From Promethearchaeum sp. (lineage in GTDB: Archaea; Asgardarchaeota; Lokiarchaeia; Sigyniarchaeales; Promethearchaeaceae), in NCBI GenBank assembly GCA_030612265.1, contig JAUWOE010000011.1, positions 10,606 through 34,605 of the forward strand: DNA of 24,000 bases. The letters are read 5' to 3'. The translations under genes and the position numbers were made by a program. The notes under the pieces were generated by a model. It was given only the letters and a program-made list of their open reading frames with translations. It searched no databases and was not told the DNA's origin. This document shows, in pieces, positions 7,307-14,753 of this stretch (positions are counted from its first letter, which is position 1; every line of letters begins with the position of its first letter).

Positions 7307-8968
7307 TTATAACATATAATCAGGCAGAGTTAAGGTTCCGGTCAAAGGTTGTTGTATTGGATCCTGTGAATACGTTATTGTAAAGTATTTAATATCTTCA
7401 AATATATTCGGTTCTTGCCCCTGTTTAACTTTCCAGTCATATAATGAAAGCTGATATTCTGCTTCGGTCATGGGAGGGGATGCGTAAGTAATCTCACCAA
7501 AAACTGATTGCAATAAAGGTTTGAAGAAAGGACTGTATAAATATCCGAGTTCGATAAGCTCATCCTTGAAATAACGAAACATTTGCTCAACTGCTTGAAA
7601 CATGAACCTATGCGGTTTATCTACCGGTCCTAAATAACATTCAGAAAAAAATCCCGTAGTGTCGTATTGATCAACATAACTTCTATCCAAATTTTTACCA
7701 TTGAACAATCCAATAAGTCCACGCTCAATGGCCATTTTCCTATTAAGACAAATAGTGTCAGAATTCACATCAGGAACGTATTTCCCTTCGGATAATATTT
7801 TCCGTGCTTTATAATACATCGTTTCAATTAACATGGCAATTCCAATTCTACGGCATATTGATATTTGAGCATCGCAGATTCTTAATTCAATTGTTCCATA
7901 TTTTGTAAATGGAAAAACATCTTGAAATCTTGCATCATAAAGTGAAGCATAACCAGTGGTAGCTAATAAGAACTGTTGATCTGCTTCTATTCCATTTACA
8001 CCTGATAAATATGGAAGATATTTCTTTGGATCAGTTGAATCAGAAAGCATAGTGGTGTTATTAAGTAATCTAATAGATCTTATACATTTTGGTGCTGTAT
8101 AACGGGGTTTTCCATCAACAATTTTAGATTTTATCACATCTGTGGGTTTTGAATTTAAGATTGGACTGTTTACGCTAAGTGCTATAATATGAGGAATAAA
8201 ATTTCGAACCATGGAATAACATTGGACTTTTTCCTGGTCAGAACTAAATGAACCACAATGATGATGATCTGAATGTGAAAGACCTCGAATATATTCCTTC
8301 ATTGTAGGGTTCATTGCAGTAGACATAATAGAATATCCACGAGGAAGCGTCGCTTTAGCAACATTGAATAGAGTGCCTGCCCAATACGCCAATTCTTCCG
8401 CATATTGACATGGAGGGGTTACTAATTCCAAAATAAATGTAGCCATGGTAACATTCCCATCACGACCGAACATATCAACGGGTACAATTTGATTTGCGTA
8501 TGTGTTTTCAATTTGGTAATCAATACAGCATAAAAAGCCTTTTTCTACATCAGTACGATTATACGGCATTTTACGGATCTTATTACGGATGTATTCGGGC
8601 ATATAAGGAAAGTCGTCCCGTTCGTAATTAATTAGCTGTTTAAAGATTCGGGTAGCATCATTCACCATTTCCTTCATAGTGTGGGTCATATCATCACCCT
8701 CGAGATATGTACCATCTTTGGTATGTGCTACGACTAATTCCATCTCCATACCGTGCGAAAAAGGCAGATAGCGCCAATTTGGAAGATCATTTAAGATTTC
8801 TGTCCAATCCCTTGAGTCTACGGCGGTTTTGGTAGCGGTACTTGTGAATACAGGTGAACTAGTTTGACTTTGTTGCGAATTAGATTTGGAGCCAGAAAAC
8901 ATTCCGAATGCGTTTGGTAGAGCTTCTCCGGTTTTTTTCTTCTTTCTTGCCATTTTGATGTGATCCAT
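7307..8968 (-). CDS. GCS2-family carboxylate-amine ligase (glutamate-cysteine-ligase-2/YbdK-like) with a disordered basic/Ser-Thr-rich N-terminal extension
   Basis: 553-aa ORF. The motifs occur in GCS2 order: FSHGMEMELVV, FILELVTPPC, SHSDHHHCG, IPHIIALSVNSPIL, IRSIRL, YDARF...YGTIELRICDAQ. The first ~55 aa (MARKKKKTGE...SGSKSNSQQSQTSSPVFTSTATKT) are low-complexity. An alternative start is Met6 at 8953. Confidence 0.75.
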   Translation of the reverse strand: MDHIKMARKKKKTGEALPNAFGMFSGSKSNSQQSQTSSPVFTSTATKTAVDSRDWTEILNDLPNWRYLPFSHGMEMELVVAHTKDGTYLEGDDMTHTMKEMVNDATRIFKQLINYERDDFPYMPEYIRNKIRKMPYNRTDVEKGFLCCIDYQIENTYANQIVPVDMFGRDGNVTMATFILELVTPPCQYAEELAYWAGTLFNVAKATLPRGYSIMSTAMNPTMKEYIRGLSHSDHHHCGSFSSDQEKVQCYSMVRNFIPHIIALSVNSPILNSKPTDVIKSKIVDGKPRYTAPKCIRSIRLLNNTTMLSDSTDPKKYLPYLSGVNGIEADQQFLLATTGYASLYDARFQDVFPFTKYGTIELRICDAQISICRRIGIAMLIETMYYKARKILSEGKYVPDVNSDTICLNRKMAIERGLIGLFNGKNLDRSYVDQYDTTGFFSECYLGPVDKPHRFMFQAVEQMFRYFKDELIELGYLYSPFFKPLLQSVFGEITYASPPMTEAEYQLSLYDWKVKQGQEPNIFEDIKYFTITYSQDPIQQPLTGTLTLPDYML

Positions 8969-8981
8969 TTTATTATTGATG

Positions 8982-11108
8982 TTATAATATTGCTTTAAAA
9001 AATGTTTTTAATAATCTAATATCATTTAGAAAATTATAGGTTAAAATTATATTGCAAATTCGAAAATTTGGTTCTTTCAAAACATTTTGGAGATATATAA
9101 AGGATTTTCCTTTACTGAAGAATGTATTATTGATCATTAAATTTATTTCATCGTTAAAATTTTCCTTCAACTTTGAATAGATATCTTTTACAAGGGGGTC
9201 GCCATTATCACCCAGGAAAATCGTTGGTTTTGAAAAATAAGGAATTAAATCTAGGTTAACAACAACAAACGGAGATGGATGCTGCTTAGATTGATTTTTA
9301 ATATAATTTTTCAATACATTATTGTAGTGATTTAATTCTTCTTCATTAAAATTCTCTTTTGATGGGAATAATAAAAAACCGAATGTTTTTTGAGTTTCCT
9401 GTAATAATTCAACATAAACGCGTTGAATATTCAAATATATAGGAAAATCAAACTTATATGGGCTAATAAGCATGATGTTGGATGTTGTTTTTCCCTCAAT
9501 TAAATTAGAGCTGATATTTCCTTGTAGTTCAACTAAATATTTAATTGCAGGTGTAATATTTTTTGATATTGCTGGGAAAGTATAATGTAGTGTATTAATT
9601 TCTTGAGATTCCATCTTTATTTTCTTGGTTTGAACCTTGACTTTCAGATATTCTTGTAATTGTTCAATTAAAAGGGATTTTTCATCTTTCGAGTCGAATT
9701 CTTCAATTATATCATAAACTGATTGGGGCTCTGTAAGATACGCCAAAAAAATCATGCATGTCTTTATTAGCTCAGTATTTGATTCGGAAAGGATGTTGGA
9801 GATGAGACTCTTTAATGATTCTATAGCTCGATTTTTATTGTATTTCGCCCAGTTTTTAATTAATTCAAATAAAACTTTTTGTTGAAGCTCTTTGCTGGAT
9901 AGTTGATAAACTAAATTTGATGCTATTTCAGGTTTCAAAGAAGCCGCAGTAAAAATAATATTTGTAATTATCTCATCTCTTTTTAACTCATTATCAATAT
10001 TTAATGCAATCATAGCAGCTTCATCAGGTTTATCTGAAGCGAGGCTGTTGGAAATAATTTCCATAATCGAATCTTTATGATCTCCTAAGTCCATACCCAT
10101 TACAACTTCGATGGTAACTTTAGGTTCCAGCTGCATCCCTGGTGGAATAAATTGAGAAACAATGGAATATTTTAAAGTTGGATCCGGGATCATTTGGAGG
10201 ATTTCATAAGCATATTGGGGGTTTTGATTAAAAACACCTTTAGCGATACGAGTTAACATTTCATTTTTCTGTTCCAGAGTGATTTCACTTTCTTTAGTCG
10301 AATTCGGCGAAATTTTAGGCTCTTCAATTGTTTCCACTATAGTTTCAACTTTCTCTTCCATCACTGTTTCGGAAACTGTTTTCATCACTGTTTCTTCTAC
10401 CGATTCATAAACAGTTTTAGTGATTTTACGAGGAGGTCTACTAATTTTTTTTCCCGTGATAGAATTAATTAGAGGTTCTTGCGCGATTACCTCTTCAATA
10501 ACTTTTGGTATTTTTTTTATGATTTTTTCGGAAACTTGTTTAGTTATTGTTTTTGGAACTTGTTTTATTACTTTCTTAGTAATTTCACGTGTGTGGGTCT
10601 TATGTATTGGAATTTTGGTTATTTTGTCTAATTCTTTTTTTGCTTTCGATTTTGATAATGCAGGAATATCAGTGAGTATTATGGATTTTGGTAATTTCTT
10701 TTTAAAAGCGGTCAGATCTTCAAATTTGATGTCGCTTTTTACCAGAATATCTGTAACAATGGATTTTTCCACCTTTTTTCTTATTTTCCATTCCATAGAT
10801 TTAAATTCGATTTTTTTCTGGTAATAGGTTAAAACATTTAATTCTGTTAAACCTCCTTCGATTCGGGGTTTAATCAATACAGGCAATATTTTAGTTTCTC
10901 CTGGATCAAAAGATTGTCCTTTTGAAATTGATTTATCTACAGAAAGATCACTCGTTGTACTTGTAAATTTAAAAGCATATGATTCTTCAGATTCTGAATT
11001 ATTCTTAACTGAAAATGAAAGTTCATAATCTTGACTTCCTAAAAGTAAAGTTTGTGGATAATTTAATAATTCTATTGAAATAGAATCCGAGTGAGATTTT
11101 TTTGCCAT
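8982..11108 (-). CDS. 708-aa multidomain protein of unknown function: N-terminal beta-sandwich-like domain, Lys/Glu-rich repeat tract, alpha-solenoid-like middle, alpha/beta C-terminal domain
   Basis: Long ORF ending 13 nt upstream of the ligase gene. The N-terminus has alternating beta-strand patterns (YELSFSVKNNSESEESYAFKFTS...GETKILPVLIKP), like Ig/CARDB-type sandwiches. Residues ~153-265 are charged repeats. Residues ~280-500 are a run of amphipathic helices. No TM segment and no signal peptide are evident. Confidence 0.75.
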   Translation of the reverse strand: MAKKSHSDSISIELLNYPQTLLLGSQDYELSFSVKNNSESEESYAFKFTSTTSDLSVDKSISKGQSFDPGETKILPVLIKPRIEGGLTELNVLTYYQKKIEFKSMEWKIRKKVEKSIVTDILVKSDIKFEDLTAFKKKLPKSIILTDIPALSKSKAKKELDKITKIPIHKTHTREITKKVIKQVPKTITKQVSEKIIKKIPKVIEEVIAQEPLINSITGKKISRPPRKITKTVYESVEETVMKTVSETVMEEKVETIVETIEEPKISPNSTKESEITLEQKNEMLTRIAKGVFNQNPQYAYEILQMIPDPTLKYSIVSQFIPPGMQLEPKVTIEVVMGMDLGDHKDSIMEIISNSLASDKPDEAAMIALNIDNELKRDEIITNIIFTAASLKPEIASNLVYQLSSKELQQKVLFELIKNWAKYNKNRAIESLKSLISNILSESNTELIKTCMIFLAYLTEPQSVYDIIEEFDSKDEKSLLIEQLQEYLKVKVQTKKIKMESQEINTLHYTFPAISKNITPAIKYLVELQGNISSNLIEGKTTSNIMLISPYKFDFPIYLNIQRVYVELLQETQKTFGFLLFPSKENFNEEELNHYNNVLKNYIKNQSKQHPSPFVVVNLDLIPYFSKPTIFLGDNGDPLVKDIYSKLKENFNDEINLMINNTFFSKGKSFIYLQNVLKEPNFRICNIILTYNFLNDIRLLKTFFKAIL
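10314..10652 (-). repeat. Coding low-complexity repeat tract: a Lys-rich part followed by a Glu/Thr/Val-rich part
   Basis: The protein reads ...ITKKVIKQVPKTITKQVSEKIIKKIPKVIEEVI...KITKTVYESVEETVMKTVSETVMEEKVETIVETIEE. At DNA level CATCACTGTTTC occurs at 10359-10370 and again at 10383-10394, a 24-nt (8-aa) period. Confidence 0.7.
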
Positions 11109-11187
11109 ATTTTAACCCTAATTTAACCTTAAAAGTATTTCTTCTCTTATACCTAAATATTTTTACGTTAATTTCTGTTATTTTCTA

Positions 11188-11673
11188 TTATTCGAATTGA
11201 CGTTTTACTTCTACTAATCCTTTTGTACTCTTTATTGATATTTCTTCTTCTTGGTTTTTGATCACATTGAGAAAATTTTCTATTCCATTTCCGATTGAAA
11301 TAAACTCAGCTTGAAAATCTTTAAAGGGAACTCCAACCAAACAATCGATTTCAATGTATAAATTATTCTTAAATAGTGAAAATGTGCACTCTGGTAAATC
11401 GTAATTTAAACCCAAAGAGATTTCATAAATTGTTAAAATTGTTTGTGAAGGGAAAAGTGCGGTATTAAGCAGTAATGCTTTGACGTGTACCCATTTTCCA
11501 AGATTATAAAGAATTACATCAAAATCAAGCTCTCTACACCTATATACGCAGATAATAGCCGGAAATATTTCTTTATCTTTATCCCCGATATCTTGAAACT
11601 CATAGGGAATGTTCATTTGATCCAAATATTCGGCAATGTTTCCTAAATTTTTTCTTTCGTTTATATAACCCAT
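11188..11673 (-). CDS. YbjN/type-III-secretion-chaperone-like small protein (tentative)
   Basis: 161-aa ORF. The pattern NIAEYLDQMNIPYEF...FPAIICVYRCRELDFDVILYNLGKWVHVKALLLN...TILTIYEISLGLNYDLPECTFSLFKNNLYIEIDCLV..PFKDFQAEF resembles YbjN-family proteins (a helix, paired beta-strands, L..lN.......F.l....l.l..d). Called from motif recall only. Confidence 0.5.
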   Translation of the reverse strand: MGYINERKNLGNIAEYLDQMNIPYEFQDIGDKDKEIFPAIICVYRCRELDFDVILYNLGKWVHVKALLLNTALFPSQTILTIYEISLGLNYDLPECTFSLFKNNLYIEIDCLVGVPFKDFQAEFISIGNGIENFLNVIKNQEEEISIKSTKGLVEVKRQFE

Positions 11674-11760
11674 TTTTTCTTCCCTCTACATAAAAATATT
11701 TACTTTGTTCTTATATTAAATTTTCAATTATGTTTTAAAAAACCCAAATTTATACAATGT

Positions 11761-11784
11761 TTTATTTGGATATTTTTATTTGGA
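11761..11784 (+). promoter_or_regulatory. Tandem direct repeat TTTATTTGGA x2 (14-nt period) upstream of the longin-like gene
   Basis: TTTATTTGGA occurs at 11761-11770 and 11775-11784, 20-43 nt upstream of the ATG at 11804 and downstream of a TATA-like AAATTTATAC (11746-11755). Possible operator or initiator region. The AT-rich background makes chance occurrence plausible. Confidence 0.2.
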
Positions 11785-11803
11785 ATTATTAGGATGGGAT
11801 TAG

Positions 11804-12460
11804 ATGGTAAAAGATATTTTTAAGCTCATGATAATTCATAGGGCAGCATCAGTCTGTATTTTTGAACAAACTTTTAATGAACTTCCTGGAGAAGTTGATG
11901 AAGTGGTATTATCAGGATATCTAGTTGCCATTTTTGCCCTTTCTGAAGAAATTGCTAAACAATCAATACATTATATGCAGTTAAACACATTACGTATTTC
12001 ATTCAAAAAAAATGTATCTGATAATTATATCATGGTGCTTATTACAAAAAATGAAATTAAATATAGTAGAATCCTTCAAATTCTAGAAAACTTATCCGAA
12101 AAGTTTAATGAAAAATATCTAGTCCATTTTGAACGAGAGTTTACTGGTAATATTACCCATTTTAAGAATTTTGCCCTTGAAGTCGAAGGTCTTATCCATA
12201 TGGAAACGAGGTATTTCCAATATTTGCAACAACGAAGTGAAAAAATAAATGAATATTTCGAGTCAATTGAATATAATTGGAAAGATTTACGAGATAAATT
12301 GGAAAAAAGGGCACGGATATTTGGAAAATGGAGTATTAAACACGATATGAAAATCGATAAATCGCTTGAAAATACCCTACTAGAATCGCGTGATCATGGT
12401 AGAAAATTGGAGCATGAGGAAAAGAAAAAAGAAAAAGAAGAAGGAAAAGGTTGGGTTTAG
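11804..12460 (+). CDS. Longin-like domain protein with a helical middle and a highly charged C-terminal tail
   Basis: 218-aa ORF. Residues 1-105 follow the longin order beta-beta-alpha-beta-beta-beta-alpha: [74 protein letters not shown]. The C-terminus is [16 protein letters not shown]. Confidence 0.6.
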   Translation: MVKDIFKLMIIHRAASVCIFEQTFNELPGEVDEVVLSGYLVAIFALSEEIAKQSIHYMQLNTLRISFKKNVSDNYIMVLITKNEIKYSRILQILENLSEKFNEKYLVHFEREFTGNITHFKNFALEVEGLIHMETRYFQYLQQRSEKINEYFESIEYNWKDLRDKLEKRARIFGKWSIKHDMKIDKSLENTLLESRDHGRKLEHEEKKKEKEEGKGWV

Positions 12461-12462
12461 GC

Positions 12463-14679
12463 CTATTTTTTATCTGTATCGCGTCTTATTTTCAAACTTA
12501 AATCCCGAGCTCTTTTAGAATACCATACTAGTAATTCTCCTGAATCTTCAGGTTTAAAATATTCGCCTGCACATAAAGCTGCTGCTTTTTTCATTTCGTC
12601 ATCATTTGGATTACCTAACCCGATGATGTACAAAACCACATTTTGATTTGTGGATAATTTCTTAATAGATTCCATAAAAGCATTACCATCTGTTGGAGCA
12701 CCATCAGTGAGTAACACAATCATAGTAGGTTGTTCTGGATTATCTGCAGTGAACATGTCAACGAGTTGTTGGGCTTTTTCCATTGCTTGACCCATATTCG
12801 TGCTCTGTCCATAAGCATTAGCTATTTGATCAACGATAGTTCGCGCACACGCTTCTAATTCTCCTTTTTGACCGGAAGAAGAATCCATCCATAATTTACC
12901 ACCTGGCATGGGTAGAATTTGAGCTTCATCTGCAAAACGGATAATTGAGACTTTCTCACCAAATCCCCGACCTACTTTTTCAGATAAAAATAAGACAGCT
13001 GCAAAAGCTGCTGACATTCTGCGTGGCACGTTAACACCCGGTTTAAATTTAGCCAGAAATTCTTGAATTTCCCTATCTTGCATTGCTGCTTTAATTCCTT
13101 CAAGTGCTGGACCGATATTTGTAACTTCAACATCCCTCGCCATCATGGATCGCGAAATATCAATAATAAGTATAGCATTGAATGTTACAAGACCTGTTGG
13201 TTTCAGTTCAATAGTTGTTGTGGGAGTTATGGACGCTAAAACATCCCCAGTTAGATCGGGAACCGTATTGAGGACTTCTATCGCGGTATTTGCTCTTTTC
13301 CAGCGAAGTTTAATACCTTTAAATATAATATAATTTGCTAACCATTGTTTAATGATATCCATATTGTTTCGGGCTTGGCTTATTATTTCCCATATATTTT
13401 CACCGGTAATAGGTGAGACACCCAGTTCAAGAGATTGTAAAGGAATAATTTGCCGTATATTCTTTTTCAATTCAACTTCATCTGAACCAATACCGCTTGC
13501 TTCAATTAATTCTTGATCAACTATTACTTTATTATCGGGAACATCCGGATTGAATCGCACTTTTCCTGCACCAAATGCACCTGTAAGATCATCTTCAAAT
13601 GCTAAAATATCTCGTTCTTTTACCTCAAGAGACATTGCATTTCGATGGTTGATTTCAATAAATCCACCCATTTCTGGTTTACTCTCAATTTCCAAAGTTA
13701 CTGCTTCAACATGATCAATTGGAGGTTCCATTGAATAAATTAAAATCTGAGGTGCTTCTACTGCAGTATCAAAAGCGGTATTTTCATCCATTATGATCTG
13801 TTGTTCAGTAACTTGCCCAATTTTTAAACGAGCCGAACCTGTAGCTCGTGTAAATGGATCTTCCCAACCAACTAGAGCGTTTGGAAAAAGATTTAAGCGT
13901 GAGACTAAATTTTGAGATAAAATAACTTTTCCCTCAAGAGAACTTGGTGAAATTTTAGGACTTACTATCATCGAACCTGGATTATTACTAAGCAAAGAAT
14001 TAATGTCAATTTTATTTGGATAAGGATCAGGAGGCGCTATTGGTTCAGCTGAGGGCATGCCTTCTTCAAATCCGGGTTGTGTTAATTGTGAATCACTTGC
14101 AGGAGTTAAATTAGTAGGAGGTGCCATGCTTGGTTGTGAGGGCAACGACGTTATTGGAGTTATTTTGATCTGTGGTATAGAACTCGGAGCTGGAGGTATG
14201 GGTTTTGGTAGAGGAGGAATTGATGGTTGAGGTGTAGGGGAGATGACTGGAACAGGAGGTGTTGGTGGAGGAGAAACTGATGGTTGAGGAGTAGGTGGAA
14301 GTACTGGAGGAGGAGGCATTGCCTTGGTGGGTTTTGGTGGAGGAGAAACCGAGAATTTAGGAGTTTCTATGGTTGCAGGAGCTGGTGGTGTAGGAGCTAG
14401 CGATGGTTCCTTTGAAGAAACAGAAATCGATGGTTTTGTTATGATAATCTCTAGTCCTTGATATCCAAAACTATCCACAATATCCTTCGCAATTTTGATA
14501 GAAAAATCAAGTGATTCTTTATTTGGTTCCATATAACAATTATAGGAACTTTTCGTTTGTGGATCTATTAAAACTATATCACCGCCTTCTTCTAAGCCTA
14601 ACTTTTTTGCATTTTTTATACTTAATAGACATTTACGGCTTAAATCAGAAGTAATTTCAACAAATAATTTTAATTCCAT
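12463..14679 (-). CDS. von Willebrand factor A (vWA) domain protein with three AbrB/Cdc48-N-like small beta-barrel modules and a long polyproline linker
   Basis: 738-aa ORF. The C-terminal vWA domain has a complete MIDAS set: D507-I-S-R-S511 (LIIDISRSM), T in GQSTNMG, and D in IVLLTDGAPTDG. Three modules (aa 1-82, ~245-320, ~325-410) share the pattern L.L..GD.V.h.D..T......h......I.hD, as in Cdc48-N/AbrB-like barrels. Residues 83-221 are Pro-rich. Confidence 0.85.
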   Translation of the reverse strand: MELKLFVEITSDLSRKCLLSIKNAKKLGLEEGGDIVLIDPQTKSSYNCYMEPNKESLDFSIKIAKDIVDSFGYQGLEIIITKPSISVSSKEPSLAPTPPAPATIETPKFSVSPPPKPTKAMPPPPVLPPTPQPSVSPPPTPPVPVISPTPQPSIPPLPKPIPPAPSSIPQIKITPITSLPSQPSMAPPTNLTPASDSQLTQPGFEEGMPSAEPIAPPDPYPNKIDINSLLSNNPGSMIVSPKISPSSLEGKVILSQNLVSRLNLFPNALVGWEDPFTRATGSARLKIGQVTEQQIIMDENTAFDTAVEAPQILIYSMEPPIDHVEAVTLEIESKPEMGGFIEINHRNAMSLEVKERDILAFEDDLTGAFGAGKVRFNPDVPDNKVIVDQELIEASGIGSDEVELKKNIRQIIPLQSLELGVSPITGENIWEIISQARNNMDIIKQWLANYIIFKGIKLRWKRANTAIEVLNTVPDLTGDVLASITPTTTIELKPTGLVTFNAILIIDISRSMMARDVEVTNIGPALEGIKAAMQDREIQEFLAKFKPGVNVPRRMSAAFAAVLFLSEKVGRGFGEKVSIIRFADEAQILPMPGGKLWMDSSSGQKGELEACARTIVDQIANAYGQSTNMGQAMEKAQQLVDMFTADNPEQPTMIVLLTDGAPTDGNAFMESIKKLSTNQNVVLYIIGLGNPNDDEMKKAAALCAGEYFKPEDSGELLVWYSKRARDLSLKIRRDTDKK
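14017..14433 (-). repeat. Coding polyproline/PxxP-rich tract with internal imperfect repeats; locally G+C-rich
   Basis: The protein reads PSLAPTPPAPATIETPKFSVSPPPKPTKAMPPPPVLPPTPQPSVSPPPTPPVPVISPTPQPSIPPLPKPIPPAPSSIPQ...APPDPYP. The unit PTPQPS(V/I) with flanking PP recurs 20 aa apart (nt 14263-14295 and 14203-14235), and VSPPP occurs twice. Confidence 0.85.
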
Positions 14680-14753
14680 TGATAAAACATCTCTTTTTTA
14701 TGATTATTATTAAATTTATTATTATATTGAACAATTAATTGGGAAATTTTTCG

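Noticed and set aside
7121-7312. 63-aa plus-strand ORF spanning the amidohydrolase 5-prime end
   Set aside because: It is antisense to the conserved HxH region of the amidohydrolase and has no motif or promoter context.
10420-10824. 134-aa plus-strand ORF
   Set aside because: It is antisense to the Lys/Glu repeat tract of the 708-aa gene. It stays open only because the K/E codons reverse-complement into F/L/S-rich, stop-poor sequence.
13145-13333. 62-aa plus-strand ORF inside the vWA gene
   Set aside because: It is antisense to the MIDAS-containing part of a confidently called CDS.
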